DNA of 64,000 bases from an uncultured Candidatus Saccharibacteria bacterium (GCA_964491925.1 CAZBGZ010000003.1:22234-86233), one strand, 5' to 3'. Positions 37,720 to 49,065 are shown, counted from the stretch's first letter. Made by a program: numbers and translations. Notes: generated from the sequence alone by a model not told the origin.

Positions 37720-38991
37720 ATGTTTGTTGATAATGTAGAAATGACGCTGAAAGCAGGTGATGGCGGTAATGGAATCGTTAACTTTAGACATGAAAAATTT
37801 ATAGAAAAAGGTGGGCCTGATGGTGGCGATGGTGGTAAGGGTGGAGATATCGTAGTTCTTTCTAGCTACAATCAAGATACGCTAGCGACCTATCGTTATA
37901 AAAAAGAAATGACAGCGATCTCTGGTGATGGTGGTAGCAAGCGTAAACGTCATGGCAGAAACGGTCAAGATCTAGTACTGCACGTGCCCGTCGGGACTGT
38001 GGTAATGGACGAAGAAGGCAAGGTTTTGGTTGACCTAGTACAAGACAACCAAAAGGCCATAATTTGCAGAGGTGGTAGAGGCGGGTACGGTAACGCCCAT
38101 TTTACTAGCTCTGTTCGTCAGGCTCCTAGGGTCGCCGAAAAAGGTGAAAAAGGTGAAAAAAGACATATAAGACTAGAGCTAAAGATGATAGCTGATGTCG
38201 GTTTAGTGGGACAACCTAATGCTGGTAAATCTACTCTACTGGCTAGCATTAGTAATGCTCGACCAGAAATAGCTGATTATGCTTTCACTACCCTTTCTCC
38301 GAACTTGGGTATGGTGGATACTGACAATACTTCGCTGTTATTCGCCGACATTCCTGGTCTAATAGAAGGCGCAAGTGAAGGGAAGGGTCTGGGCGACGAG
38401 TTTTTGCGACACATCGAGCGAACTTCGGTATTATTGCATCTGGTCGATGCTTACCAGGACGAAGTTGGCCCAATATATAAGGTCATCCAGGCAGAGTTAA
38501 AAAACTATTCAAAGAACCTGGCTAAGAAACCGCAGATAGTTGTACTGAATAAAATAGACGGTTTAGATGACGAAATAATCGCTGACAAAATCCAACAATT
38601 ACGAAGAGTTGTGCCTAAAACTACTATAATATTGGCAATATCGGCAAAAAGCAAACAGGGCCTACAAGAGCTACTCAGAACGACCGTAATGATGGTCGAC
38701 AAATACAAAGCAAAAATCAAGAAAACTAACAAAAAAGAACTACCAGTAATCCGTTTACAGGCCCAGGATTTGCCTTGGCAAGTCGTTAAAGAAAAGAAAT
38801 ATTTTTTAGTTACAGGTGGGAAAATAGAAAAGTTTGCACACCGAACAGACTATGAAAACTCGCATGGTATTCGCCGGTTGCGTGACATTATGAAAAAAAT
38901 GGGGATAATGCACGAGCTAGAGAAACAAAACATCGAGCCAGGAACAAAAATTAAATTTGGTAAAAATGGAGATTACGAGATTGAGTACTAG
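37720..38991 (+). CDS. obg: GTPase Obg/CgtA
   Basis: 423 aa with the glycine-rich Obg fold (GGDGGKGGDI) and G1 GQPNAGKST, DIPGLIEGA, NKID. Confidence 0.9.
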   Translation: MFVDNVEMTLKAGDGGNGIVNFRHEKFIEKGGPDGGDGGKGGDIVVLSSYNQDTLATYRYKKEMTAISGDGGSKRKRHGRNGQDLVLHVPVGTVVMDEEGKVLVDLVQDNQKAIICRGGRGGYGNAHFTSSVRQAPRVAEKGEKGEKRHIRLELKMIADVGLVGQPNAGKSTLLASISNARPEIADYAFTTLSPNLGMVDTDNTSLLFADIPGLIEGASEGKGLGDEFLRHIERTSVLLHLVDAYQDEVGPIYKVIQAELKNYSKNLAKKPQIVVLNKIDGLDDEIIADKIQQLRRVVPKTTIILAISAKSKQGLQELLRTTVMMVDKYKAKIKKTNKKELPVIRLQAQDLPWQVVKEKKYFLVTGGKIEKFAHRTDYENSHGIRRLRDIMKKMGIMHELEKQNIEPGTKIKFGKNGDYEIEY

Positions 38992-40420
38992 TGGGACGAG
39001 CTCCGATTTAACTTTTTACTTTTATGACCTAGAAACTAGTGGTTTTAACCCCAGGACTGATCGCATCATGCAATTTGGCGGACAGCGCGTTGACATGAAC
39101 CTGCGGGCCATAGGTGAGCCAGATGACATGCTAATCGCGCTTTCTGATGATATTTTACCTAGCCCTGATGCCATTTTAGTAACTGGAATTACACCGCAAA
39201 AAACAAAAAGTGAAGGCTACACCGAAGCAGAGTTTTTAAAAATATTTCACGAAAAGATAGCAGTCCCTGGGACTATTTTTGTTGGTTATAACACTGTGCG
39301 TTTTGACGATGAATTTGTAAGATTTTTGCAGTACAGGAATTTTTATGATGCCTATGAATGGCAGTGGAAAGATAACAGGGGTAGATGGGATATGCTTGAC
39401 GTCGCAAGGATGACCCGAGCTCTACGTCCTGAAGGCGTAGTTTGGCCTTTTGACAGTAGCGGCAAACCCAGTAATCGACTGGAATTGTTGACTTCAGTCA
39501 ACAAGCTAGATCATGCAAATGCTCATGATGCACTTAGTGATGTGAACGCCACTCTGTCGTTAGCTAGGCTACTTAAATCCAAACAGCCAAAATTATTTGA
39601 TTATTTATTTACGATGAGGGACAAGAAAAAAGTGGCCAGTCTGGTCGATAATGGTCAACCGTTCATTTACGTGAGCGGCAAATTCGCTCACGAATTTGAG
39701 AAAGCTACAATTGCTATCAAGATTGCTGATCATCCTAAAAAGCAAGGTTCTCTTGTCTATGATCTACGCCATAATCCAGATGCCTTCACTAATTTGTCAC
39801 CGGAAAAACTGGCGGATTTATGGAAGTATAAAAAAGATCATACAGATCCACAATTACCCGTAAAAACTCTGCAGTACAATCGCTGCCCAGCGGTTGCCCC
39901 GATAAGTGTTCTGGATAAGGCTTCACAAAATCGGCTGGATATTGACATGGAAGTCATTGAAAAAAATAAAGGCAAATTAAAAACGAATCCACAATTTGTT
40001 GATAACCTCATGAAGGCACTAGAAATATTAGATAAACAGCAGCAGACTCGTTTGATGGAAAACGAAAATGATGTAGATGGTAGGCTTTATGATAGTTTTT
40101 TACAGGATGCAGATCGGAATTTGCTGGGAAGAGTGCACAATGCTAGCCCAGATAATCTAATACAAGACCAATTTGGCTTTAATGATGATCGCATGGTAAA
40201 ACTTTTACCCCTGTATAAAGCCCGAAATTTCCCCAAAAAGTTATCAGATTCAGAACGCGCAGAATGGGAAACGTTCAGGGATGGAAAAATTTCTAAACAG
40301 ATGCCAGGATATCTAAAAAGATTACAAGAATTACTACTAGTTACAAAAGATCAAGAAAAGCTATATCTTCTGGAAGAACTTCGACTATATGCTGAAAGTA
40401 TTAGCCCCGCGCTAGATTAG
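38966..40420 (+). CDS. sbcB: exodeoxyribonuclease I
   Basis: DEDDh motifs YDLETSGFNP, YNTVRFDDEF and HDALSDV. The length is about 480 aa. The start is uncertain and overlaps the obg 3' end. Confidence 0.8.
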   Translation: MEITRLSTSGTSSDLTFYFYDLETSGFNPRTDRIMQFGGQRVDMNLRAIGEPDDMLIALSDDILPSPDAILVTGITPQKTKSEGYTEAEFLKIFHEKIAVPGTIFVGYNTVRFDDEFVRFLQYRNFYDAYEWQWKDNRGRWDMLDVARMTRALRPEGVVWPFDSSGKPSNRLELLTSVNKLDHANAHDALSDVNATLSLARLLKSKQPKLFDYLFTMRDKKKVASLVDNGQPFIYVSGKFAHEFEKATIAIKIADHPKKQGSLVYDLRHNPDAFTNLSPEKLADLWKYKKDHTDPQLPVKTLQYNRCPAVAPISVLDKASQNRLDIDMEVIEKNKGKLKTNPQFVDNLMKALEILDKQQQTRLMENENDVDGRLYDSFLQDADRNLLGRVHNASPDNLIQDQFGFNDDRMVKLLPLYKARNFPKKLSDSERAEWETFRDGKISKQMPGYLKRLQELLLVTKDQEKLYLLEELRLYAESISPALD

Positions 40421-40583
40421 ATTTTTTAGAGTTTTTTACGCCGGTTTTTTCTGTGTTTTGGTGGCTAGAATGAAACCGCATATCAGCCCAGATTAAAACA
40501 CCTAGTACCGAAAAGACGAACCAAGCTAGCGTAATTTGAAGATGTGTGCCAGGGATTTCCCCTAACACGATGAATTCGATCAT
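40401..40583 (-). CDS. small membrane protein (hypothetical)
   Basis: 60-aa ORF with one hydrophobic helix. It overlaps the sbcB 3' end convergently. Weak support. Confidence 0.3.
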   Translation of the reverse strand: MIEFIVLGEIPGTHLQITLAWFVFSVLGVLIWADMRFHSSHQNTEKTGVKNSKKSNLARG

Positions 40584-40660
40584 ATCCTTACCTCAAGATA
40601 AATGTTTAATTCAAGTATTACACTTTATTGATACAAAGTCAATAATATTCTAAATAAAGC

Positions 40661-41062
40661 TCAAGCTTTTGTTCTAAAATATGCTAGAATTTTCTTAAGT
40701 CGTTGTCGATTGCCCAAGAAAAGTGTGATTCCGAATAGAACAAATATCAATGAAACAGTTTGGGTGAATCCGGTTAGTTTTACTAATAAATACACTCCGA
40801 AAGCAAACATCGCTATCGCTAGCGAATCATAGAGTATTTTAACGATAGGATGGTCTACAAATATTCTGTCAAAAAATTTAAATCCGTAAGTTTTTATGTT
40901 GTGTAGTATTTTTCTAGCCCATTCGTGATTAATCGACAATAGACCGATTCCAGCTAACAACAGCGGAATGCCCCCAGGTCCGGGCAGCCAACCAGTTAAT
41001 ATAGCTAAAACTACTAAACCTAACCCCGCTAAATCAGTAATTATTATTTTAAATAATTTCAA
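40661..41062 (-). CDS. PGPGW-motif membrane protein
   Basis: 133 aa with WLPGPGGIPLLLAGIGLL and 3-4 TM helices. There is a 4-nt overlap with pheA. Confidence 0.6.
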   Translation of the reverse strand: MKLFKIIITDLAGLGLVVLAILTGWLPGPGGIPLLLAGIGLLSINHEWARKILHNIKTYGFKFFDRIFVDHPIVKILYDSLAIAMFAFGVYLLVKLTGFTQTVSLIFVLFGITLFLGNRQRLKKILAYFRTKA

Positions 41063-41895
41063 CTTTCGTCTCTTTTATAACTTCCTAACACTCTGACATC
41101 ACAACCCATAACTTTTAGTTGCGATAACGCATGCTCAAAACGTTTTTGATCGTCACCAATATCAAGGTCAATATAAAACATATAGTGCCACTTTTTTCCT
41201 ATAACTGGTCTTGAATTCAGAGAAGAAAGGCTGATGTGTTGTTCTGCTAGTGCCCCCAAGGCTTTGTGTAGCGAGCCTGCAGATTTGTCTGCCGGTGTTT
41301 GCAAAACAATCGAGGTCTTATTGGGCTCACTGCCAACCGGTCTTTTTTTGGATAGTATTAAGAATCTAGTTGTGTTGTGGGGACTATCCTCAATATCCCG
41401 AGCAAGAACTTTCATGCCGTGAAGCTCTGCGGCTTCTTTGCTGGCAATAGCAGCTTTTGTATTATCTCCAAGTTTTTTGACCATCTCGACGCTGGCAACG
41501 GTATCATGGTAATCAATCTTTTTTGTGTTTGGAAGATTTTTGTCCAAATAGTTTTCGCACTGGGCTAGTGCCATAACCTGTGAATATATTTCTTGCAATT
41601 TTTCTTTTTCAGCCCCAGGCAAACCGATTAGACAGTGGTGCACTTGTAAATTGACCTCGCCGTTTATAAATAAACTTTTCTTGAGCAATAGGTCATAGAC
41701 GGGGTTTATAGCCCCATAGAGGGAATTTTCAACTGCCACGATTCCGTATTCGGATATTCCGTTTTCAACAGAACTAAAAACATCCCTGAAGATGTTACAT
41801 GGATGTATCTGTACATTTTTGCCAAAAAACTTCTGAGCCGCTTGATGGTGATAAGAAGTGGGTTGGCCCTGTATTGCGACTTTTTTAATATTCAT
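41059..41895 (-). CDS. pheA: prephenate dehydratase
   Basis: VAIQGQPTSYHHQAA, TRFLIL and a C-terminal ACT domain. ATG 41895 is chosen because TACAAT (41902-41907) lies 6 nt upstream. Confidence 0.85.
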   Translation of the reverse strand: MNIKKVAIQGQPTSYHHQAAQKFFGKNVQIHPCNIFRDVFSSVENGISEYGIVAVENSLYGAINPVYDLLLKKSLFINGEVNLQVHHCLIGLPGAEKEKLQEIYSQVMALAQCENYLDKNLPNTKKIDYHDTVASVEMVKKLGDNTKAAIASKEAAELHGMKVLARDIEDSPHNTTRFLILSKKRPVGSEPNKTSIVLQTPADKSAGSLHKALGALAEQHISLSSLNSRPVIGKKWHYMFYIDLDIGDDQKRFEHALSQLKVMGCDVRVLGSYKRDES

Positions 41896-41977
41896 CTTAC
41901 CATTGTATAGTATTTTGATATTTGCAATACTGAGCAAGTAAATAGCTAAAGATAAAAAGTAGTGGGCAGAGGAAAAT

Positions 41978-42703
41978 GTGCCAAGAAATAATGGTTATGC
42001 AGCTAGGTCACACTCACGAAGACAACGAAGAGTTAACCCTACGAGTCTTCGAATTTATCATAAGGTTGAATTTGATGCGCCTCGGGCGGACAGCGATGAC
42101 CTACTATTCTTGAGATCAGGATTGCAAGAGAGCTTTAGAGCGGAGGGTGAACGCGCACCAATACGAGTATATGTAGAAGAAATGGCTGATGATCGTGCTG
42201 ATGATCGTAATCTCATGAAACTGACATTACTTAATAATGATGTACCGTCAACTTACAGAAGACCCGCAAATAGAGGATACCAAATGAGAGGTATTGGTAG
42301 GATTCGTGGTGAAATAGAAGATGGACTAGACCAACTACAATTTCCGAGAGTCGGGTTGGGAATTAAATTCAATAGAGTTGCATTGTTGTCGGAAGTTGTC
42401 GAAAAGCCAAAACCTTCCGACAGCCGAATAATCACATTGATACCTGACCCAGAACATCCATCAACAGCCATACTATATAGGGCTCATGAACTTTGCTTAG
42501 GTAAGGTATACCATCGAAAACGCGAAAAAACTGGTGATGATGCGTTCGTGCCTAATATGCCCGTCGCTGAAGTGTGGAATGGGCAAACAGAGGTTACGCC
42601 CAGGGACGTTATTCAGTTTGTCGAAAGGCGTTTGGACGTTTCAGCGGTTCTAGCCCCGCCGACATTCGTGTCCGAGCAACGACTCCGAGCGTGGGATAAC
42701 TAG
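41978..42703 (+). CDS. hypothetical protein
   Basis: 241 aa with an R-rich N-terminus. No motif recognised. Confidence 0.5.
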   Translation: MPRNNGYAARSHSRRQRRVNPTSLRIYHKVEFDAPRADSDDLLFLRSGLQESFRAEGERAPIRVYVEEMADDRADDRNLMKLTLLNNDVPSTYRRPANRGYQMRGIGRIRGEIEDGLDQLQFPRVGLGIKFNRVALLSEVVEKPKPSDSRIITLIPDPEHPSTAILYRAHELCLGKVYHRKREKTGDDAFVPNMPVAEVWNGQTEVTPRDVIQFVERRLDVSAVLAPPTFVSEQRLRAWDN

Positions 42704-42741
42704 CCGTATCACTCTATACCCTAGAAATTTCCCCTGTTTTT

Positions 42742-42750
42742 TGCTATAAT
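42742..42750 (+). promoter_or_regulatory. extended -10 promoter (TGcTATAAT) of uvrA
   Basis: Consensus extended -10 box, 11 nt upstream of ATG 42762. Confidence 0.5.
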
Positions 42751-42761
42751 CTGGGGACTTT

Positions 42762-45572
42762 ATGAGTGAGAAAATCGTAGTAAAAGGCGCCCGTGAACAT
42801 AATCTAAAAGATATTTCTGTTGAAATTCCCAGGGAAAAGCTAATTGTCATCACTGGTTTGTCTGGCTCTGGCAAGTCAAGTCTAGCCTTCGACACGATTT
42901 ACGCCGAGGGTCAGCGGCGATATGTTGAATCGCTGAGCTCATACGCACGTCAATTCCTCGGATTAATGGAAAAACCCGACGTTGACCAAATAGACGGCCT
43001 ATCGCCAGCAATTAGTATCGACCAAAAATCTACATCTCGTAATCCCCGTTCAACTGTCGCAACCGTTACGGAAATTTATGATTATCTACGTCTATTGTTT
43101 GCGCGCATTGGTGTGCCCCATTGCCCGCAGTGCGGCAAGCCGGTCACCAGGCAAACGCCGGCTGGGATTATTGACCAAGTAAACTCTGGGACAAAAGATG
43201 CAAAATTAATTATTTTGGCACCCGTAGTAATAGATAAAAAAGGCGCTTTCGAGCATATCCCAGAACAGTATATGCGAGCAGGGTTCGCTCGAGTACGGGT
43301 TGATGGCGTTATCTACGCTCTTGACGAATTCCCAGATTTGGATAAGGCAAAAAAACACACCATTGAGATAATTATTGACCGTCTCGTTAATAACGACAGC
43401 AGCTCGAACAGGATGGTGCAGTCCATAGAACAGGCGCTCGACATTGCTGATGGAAAACTAATAATACACAACGCCGACACAAAAACGGATGCAGCATACA
43501 GCCTGATGTATGCCTGTATCGACCATCCCGAAGTAGCTATTCCTGAGTTAGAACCTCGTACTTTTAGTTTTAATTCGCCTCATGGTGCTTGTCCTATTTG
43601 CACTGGTTTAGGTACTAGGATGGAGGTAGACCCGGACCTAGTTATTCCGAATGGTCGACTGACTATTGCGGAAGGGGCTATACGTCCATATAACCGAATC
43701 AACACAGACGCATGGTACATGAAGAAAATGCTTGCTGTTGCAGATGCTCACGGGTTTAGCCTTCATGTTCCAACAGCACAGTTAAAACAGTCCGACATCG
43801 ATAAATTAATGTACGGTACGGGCACTCAAACATACAAAGTCGCTCTTGGCAGTGGTCGATCGTTCGAAAGTACGTACGAAGGAGTAATCCCTAACCTAGA
43901 GCGTAGACACAAGGAAACCGAAAGTGACTTTATGCGGCGTGACATCGAAAGGTTTATGCAGGAGAGACCTTGCCACGCTTGCAAGGGCAAACGATTAAAG
44001 CCAGAAGTTTTAGCAATCACAGTTAACAGGACCTCTATAATTGATATTTGTGAATACTCTGTCGACGAGGCAGTTGAATTTTTTAAGGCCCTAAAACTAA
44101 CTGACAAAGAAAAACATATTTCTGCCCAGATAATAAAGGAAATCTGTGCAAGAATCAGCTTTCTGAAAGAAGTAGGTCTTAGCTATCTAACGCTAGCCCG
44201 AGGAGCAAAAACACTATCTGGTGGGGAGGCCCAACGTATACGCTTGGCTACTCAGATCGGGTCCGGATTGATGGGCGTGTTGTATGTTCTGGATGAGCCA
44301 TCTATTGGGTTGCATCAGCGAGACAATGAACGCCTCATAAAGACATTAAAGCACCTGCGAGACTTGGGCAACACAGTAATCGTGGTCGAGCACGACGAGG
44401 ACACCATAAGGACAGCTGATTATTTGCTGGATATTGGTCCCGGGGCAGGGATTCATGGAGGTCACGTTGTAGCAGAGGGAACTCCAGAAGAGGTTGCAAA
44501 AAACCCAAAAAGCATTACAGGTCAGTATTTGCGAGGTGAGAAAACGGTACCGGTACCAAAAAAGCGCCGAACAGGTAATGATAAAGTAATTGCTATCAAG
44601 GGCGCGCGCGAACATAATCTCCAGAATATTGATGTCGACATACCACTCGGCATGTTAGTTGTGGTTAGCGGTGTTTCAGGCTCTGGCAAGTCATCGTTAA
44701 TCAACGACATTTTGGCAAAAGAGTTATCTGCGCAACTCCATAGAGCCAGCACTGTGCCAGGCAAACACGATGACATTGTCGGGATTAAGCAACTAGATAA
44801 AGCGATTGTTATCGATCAGTCTGCAATTGGTCGAACACCACGTTCCAATCCGGCCACATATACTGGACTTTTTACGCCAATACGTGAACTTTTCTCAAGC
44901 GTGCCAGAGGCCAAAATTCGCGGTTACAATCCCGGTAGGTTCAGCTTTAATGTTAAGGGCGGACGTTGTGAGAACTGCTCGGGTGATGGAATTATAAAAA
45001 TCGAAATGCATTTTTTGCCTGATGTATATGTTCCCTGTGAAGAATGCAAAGGAAAGCGATATAACAAAGAAGCGCTGGAGATACATTACAAAGGAAAGAC
45101 TATTAGCGATGTTTTAGAAATGACCTGTGAAACAGCCTTAGAATTTTTTAGTAACATTCCATCAATTTCCAGAAAGTTGCAAACATTGGTTGATGTTGGC
45201 CTAGGTTATATTGCACTTGGACAACCTGCGACGACATTGTCGGGCGGCGAGGCGCAGCGAATAAAGCTTGCTACAGAGTTATCAAGACGTCCTACTGGTA
45301 GAACTTTGTACATTCTGGACGAACCAACAACTGGATTACATATGGACGATGTTAATAAGCTACTTCAGGTTCTTCATGCGTTGGTTGATACGGGGAACAG
45401 CATGATAGTTATCGAACATAATCTAGATGTTATAAAATCTGCTGATCACATAATAGATATGGGGCCAGAGGGCGGGTCTGGGGGCGGCCAAATTATTGCT
45501 CAGGGCACCCCTGAGCAAATTGCAAAAAACAAGAAAAGCTACACCGGACAGTATTTGTCTAATATGCTTTAA
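42762..45572 (+). CDS. uvrA: excinuclease ABC subunit A
   Basis: 936 aa with [23 protein letters not shown], two ABC modules, zinc-finger Cys clusters and LSGGEAQRI twice. Confidence 0.95.
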   Translation: MSEKIVVKGAREHNLKDISVEIPREKLIVITGLSGSGKSSLAFDTIYAEGQRRYVESLSSYARQFLGLMEKPDVDQIDGLSPAISIDQKSTSRNPRSTVATVTEIYDYLRLLFARIGVPHCPQCGKPVTRQTPAGIIDQVNSGTKDAKLIILAPVVIDKKGAFEHIPEQYMRAGFARVRVDGVIYALDEFPDLDKAKKHTIEIIIDRLVNNDSSSNRMVQSIEQALDIADGKLIIHNADTKTDAAYSLMYACIDHPEVAIPELEPRTFSFNSPHGACPICTGLGTRMEVDPDLVIPNGRLTIAEGAIRPYNRINTDAWYMKKMLAVADAHGFSLHVPTAQLKQSDIDKLMYGTGTQTYKVALGSGRSFESTYEGVIPNLERRHKETESDFMRRDIERFMQERPCHACKGKRLKPEVLAITVNRTSIIDICEYSVDEAVEFFKALKLTDKEKHISAQIIKEICARISFLKEVGLSYLTLARGAKTLSGGEAQRIRLATQIGSGLMGVLYVLDEPSIGLHQRDNERLIKTLKHLRDLGNTVIVVEHDEDTIRTADYLLDIGPGAGIHGGHVVAEGTPEEVAKNPKSITGQYLRGEKTVPVPKKRRTGNDKVIAIKGAREHNLQNIDVDIPLGMLVVVSGVSGSGKSSLINDILAKELSAQLHRASTVPGKHDDIVGIKQLDKAIVIDQSAIGRTPRSNPATYTGLFTPIRELFSSVPEAKIRGYNPGRFSFNVKGGRCENCSGDGIIKIEMHFLPDVYVPCEECKGKRYNKEALEIHYKGKTISDVLEMTCETALEFFSNIPSISRKLQTLVDVGLGYIALGQPATTLSGGEAQRIKLATELSRRPTGRTLYILDEPTTGLHMDDVNKLLQVLHALVDTGNSMIVIEHNLDVIKSADHIIDMGPEGGSGGGQIIAQGTPEQIAKNKKSYTGQYLSNML

Positions 45573-45585
45573 ACCGCAAAAAGAG

Positions 45586-46257
45586 TTAGTCTATTTTTTT
45601 ATTAAGAAAAACTTGGCGTGCGGATAGTTTTATTTTTGCAATTAGAGCTTTCCGCGTTTTTTCGTCTCTGATAATGTGCAGCAAAGATCCACCAAGGCTA
45701 AGCACAATAATGCCAATTAACACGTACTCGATATAATTACTCAAGCCGGGGATTTTGCCCCCTAACCAATATCCTAGAAGAGTCATAGAAAAAACCCATA
45801 ATACACCACCTATGATGTTAAAAAACATAAATCGCTGACGAGACATTTTACCGGCTCCTGCCACTACGGGGGCGAAGGTTCGCACCACTGGCACAAACCT
45901 AGCAATTGTTATTGCTTTGCCACCATGTTTCTCATAGAATTTTTCCGCTTTTATTAAGTGGTCTTTGTGAAATAGTATGCCATCATCTTTCTTGAATATT
46001 CGTGGGCCTGCTCGTCGGCCAATGCTATAACCGACATTATCTCCAACTATTGCAGCAATGGAAGTGAACAACAACAGTAATGGTAAAGAAGGTGATCCTT
46101 GGGAAGCCAAAAGGCCAGCGCTGAATAAAAGGGTGTCGCCCGGCAAGAAGAACCCAACCAAGAGCCCGGATTCAGCGAAAACTATTGCAGCTACAATCAG
46201 TATTCCTCCGCTGGCGACAATGTGTTCTACATCAAACATGTCGTATAAGTATAACAT
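45586..46257 (-). CDS. DedA family membrane protein
   Basis: 223 aa with FLPGDTLLFSAG and KAITIARFVPVVRTF motifs. Confidence 0.8.
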   Translation of the reverse strand: MLYLYDMFDVEHIVASGGILIVAAIVFAESGLLVGFFLPGDTLLFSAGLLASQGSPSLPLLLLFTSIAAIVGDNVGYSIGRRAGPRIFKKDDGILFHKDHLIKAEKFYEKHGGKAITIARFVPVVRTFAPVVAGAGKMSRQRFMFFNIIGGVLWVFSMTLLGYWLGGKIPGLSNYIEYVLIGIIVLSLGGSLLHIIRDEKTRKALIAKIKLSARQVFLNKKID

Positions 46258-46328
46258 TCCTCTGGGTAACAGCGATAATTTTTGATATACTAGTATGTAC
46301 TATTTACAGATTCCACTAGGAGGAAATT

Positions 46329-46994
46329 TTGAGCAACGATCAAATTGCGGTAACGCTAAAAAAACGCGAGACAGTGGGCAAAGGGCTGGGCGAGCTAAAA
46401 CGCTCTGGAAAAATACCAGCTGTTATCCATAACCACGGCCAAGATTCCGTTATTGTTGAAGGCGATTATCTTGACATTGTCAAAATGTACAACAAGGCCG
46501 GCAAACATCACGCGGTTGATGTGACCGTAGATGGTAAAAAATTTCTAACTATTATCAAGGACGTCGATTTCGAGCCAAAGAAAAATCAAATTCGTCATGT
46601 GGTGTTCGGTGCAATACGCCAGGATGAAAAAGTGGAGACAGAAGTTCCAGTCATTTTCACAGGCGATTCACCCGCGGTTAAAGCGGGGCTATTAGTTATA
46701 CGTCAACTCGATAATATAAAGGTTGAAGCACTGCCACGTGATCTCGTAGACGAAGTAACTGTGAGCATCGAAAGTTTGGCTGAAATTGGCGACAAACTGA
46801 CTGTAATTGATATTGAAATTCCAGAAAAAGTTACATTACTAACAGAACCAGAACACGCTGTAGCGGTGGTAGAAGAAACTAAAGCACAGCTATCCGAAGA
46901 GTCTGAAGAAGAGGCAGCCGAGTCCGAAGAAGATGCTGAGGCCGAAGACGGCGAAACAAAGCCAGGCGATAAAGACGCCGGTGAAGAAGAGTAA
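46329..46994 (+). CDS. rplY: 50S ribosomal protein L25/general stress protein Ctc
   Basis: TTG start with an AGGAGG SD at 46318-46323. GKIPAVIHNHG motif and an acidic C-terminal tail. Confidence 0.85.
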   Translation: MSNDQIAVTLKKRETVGKGLGELKRSGKIPAVIHNHGQDSVIVEGDYLDIVKMYNKAGKHHAVDVTVDGKKFLTIIKDVDFEPKKNQIRHVVFGAIRQDEKVETEVPVIFTGDSPAVKAGLLVIRQLDNIKVEALPRDLVDEVTVSIESLAEIGDKLTVIDIEIPEKVTLLTEPEHAVAVVEETKAQLSEESEEEAAESEEDAEAEDGETKPGDKDAGEEE

Positions 46995-47003
46995 TTGGCC
47001 TGC

Positions 47004-47810
47004 TTAGGTTATCTCTAGTGATTGTAGTATAGCCATCGCTTGTTTGTAGGCGTTAGTCGTTTTAAACCAGTCTGTCGGTACAGCGTTGGTTGCCAAGTCG
47101 TCTTTTAGGTCCTCGCTAGAGTACCCGCCAGCAATAATTATAGTTTCAGCCTCTTTGCCATAATCAGGTCCAAGAGTATCGCCTTTCTTTAGCTCGTAGT
47201 TGCCTGCAATCAAGAAGAATGCAAAGTTGTCAGGCGTATTCATGCCAAATTGAGATAGGTTGGTTTGTTTGCGCTGAGACGGGGTTGGATTATCATATTT
47301 TAGTTTTTCTGAAGGCTCTATGGCTACGCCCTTACCTATGATTGATCCGTCTTGGTCTCGTCCACCTTTTCTAATATAGATTCGAAAATTGCCAGTTGTT
47401 GTAGATCCATCAGATTTTGTGTAACTAAATTTTTTCGATTCGACTCTAATACCGTTATCGCTTGCCTCAGTTAACATCCATGTTTTTGGATATGAAAAGG
47501 TGATTCGGTACGGGCTACTTGTATAAGATTCTGTGTTGTTTGCTTCGGGCACATCACTTGTTTGTGCGGGCTGTTGTGAGGAATTGTTGGTAACTGGGCT
47601 AGCACTACTGTTGTTCGACACTGGTTTGTCGGGAGTTTTTAGTAACATTACTATGACTACAGCTAGCCCAATGACTAATAAAAATACAAACAATCCAATT
47701 AAAAACTTTTTAGGTTTTTTCTTTTTACTTTGTACCCCTTTATGCGGCAGTGGGTTTTCGCCGCCAGGCAGTTCTAGGGGTTGGTTGAGAATCGGATCAT
47801 CATCGTTCAC
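47004..47810 (-). CDS. hypothetical membrane-anchored extracytoplasmic protein
   Basis: GTG 47810 is chosen because AAGGAGG lies 8 nt upstream on the minus strand. One TM helix (FLIGLFVFLLVIGLAVVIVMLL). Confidence 0.55.
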   Translation of the reverse strand: MNDDDPILNQPLELPGGENPLPHKGVQSKKKKPKKFLIGLFVFLLVIGLAVVIVMLLKTPDKPVSNNSSASPVTNNSSQQPAQTSDVPEANNTESYTSSPYRITFSYPKTWMLTEASDNGIRVESKKFSYTKSDGSTTTGNFRIYIRKGGRDQDGSIIGKGVAIEPSEKLKYDNPTPSQRKQTNLSQFGMNTPDNFAFFLIAGNYELKKGDTLGPDYGKEAETIIIAGGYSSEDLKDDLATNAVPTDWFKTTNAYKQAMAILQSLEIT

Positions 47811-47907
47811 GGCGACTACCTCCTTGTTGATGAGTGTATTATGCTCCTGTGTGGTTATGGTTACAAGATGTATTGTGGTATAGTTGGTCGGCACATTAAT
47901 TAAATAC

Positions 47908-48028
47908 GTATCAAGAGTGCAGCGAGAGATCTAGCTCTATGACCTGCCGGCAACCACAACGAGCTAAAGGTTTATCCTGAACTTGTTGAAGGGTGCCCCT
48001 TCTAGCCTTTTAGCACAAGGGAAGATGT
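47908..48028 (+). promoter_or_regulatory. SAM-I (S-box) riboswitch aptamer upstream of metK
   Basis: Core elements read by eye: TATCAAGAG, GAGAGA, TGA, GGCAACC, GGGTGCC, and AGATG closing P1. P3 looks enlarged. Downstream, CTCCTT (48043-48048) can pair with the metK SD AAGGAG (48087-48092). Confidence 0.7.
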
Positions 48029-48100
48029 AGGAACACCGAAAACTCCTTATTCTTTCCCCGTATGTAGAACGGCAGGACTGATACGAAAGGAGTATTTTTT

Positions 48101-49060
48101 ATGCCAACATATAAAACAGCCGAAAGTGTTTCCCCAGGCCACCCAGACAAACTCTGTGATCAGATTTCTGACGCTATTTTGGACTCATACCTAGAGGGAG
48201 ATAAAAATTCGCGAGTAGCCATTGAGACTGTCGGCGGTCACGGAAAAGTATTTGTTGTTGGCGAGGTAACGTCAAATGCGGTTGTGGACATAGCCCCAAT
48301 AGTAAAGCGCCTTGCTGGAGACGTAGATTTGGACGAATTGATTGTCAAACAAAGCCCAGAGATTGCCCAAGGAGTGGATACTGGCGGTGCAGGGGACCAA
48401 GGAATAATGGTTGGCTATGCCTGCAGTGATACGTCAGAGTTATTACCAACAGAGGTTGTTTTGTCTAGGAAACTAAATCAATTTTTATATAAAAAATGGC
48501 CATATGATGGGAAGACCCAAGTAACGCTCAAAGATGGCAAAATCGACTCCGTCGTCGCTAGTTTTCAGCATGCTCCAAAAAAAGAACTTGCTCGTGCTGT
48601 CCAGGAATGGCTAAATTCTATAGATAGTTCTGATAAACCAAAAGTCCACGCTAACCCAGCAGGCGACTGGGACCAAGGAGGGTTTGATGCTGACACTGGA
48701 CTGACTGGAAGAAAATTGGTAGTAGATAATTATGGGCCTAGTATTCCGATTGGCGGAGGCTGTTTTAGCGGAAAAGACCCCAGCAAAGTAGATCGTTCAG
48801 CTGCATATATGGCCCGTAAAATTGCCGTAGATTACCTAAAAATGCACAAAGCCAAGGAAGTATTTTGCCATCTAGCATACGCTATTGGAAAAGCGGAGCC
48901 ACTGGAGGCGACCGTTACCGTAGACGGGGTACAACACGTAGTCGAGGGTTATGACTTGACGCCTCACGGCATTATAAAATCTTTAGATTTGCGTAAGCCT
49001 CAGTACGAGAAAACCGCCCGCTGGGGGCACAGCGGAAACGATTTTCCCTGGGACAAATAG
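48101..49060 (+). CDS. metK: S-adenosylmethionine synthetase (compact form)
   Basis: 319 aa with ESVSPGHPDKLCDQISDAILD, GAGDQGIMVGYA, DTGLTGRK and GGGCFSGKDPSKVDRSAAY. Confidence 0.9.
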   Translation: MPTYKTAESVSPGHPDKLCDQISDAILDSYLEGDKNSRVAIETVGGHGKVFVVGEVTSNAVVDIAPIVKRLAGDVDLDELIVKQSPEIAQGVDTGGAGDQGIMVGYACSDTSELLPTEVVLSRKLNQFLYKKWPYDGKTQVTLKDGKIDSVVASFQHAPKKELARAVQEWLNSIDSSDKPKVHANPAGDWDQGGFDADTGLTGRKLVVDNYGPSIPIGGGCFSGKDPSKVDRSAAYMARKIAVDYLKMHKAKEVFCHLAYAIGKAEPLEATVTVDGVQHVVEGYDLTPHGIIKSLDLRKPQYEKTARWGHSGNDFPWDK

Positions 49061-49065
49061 AAACC

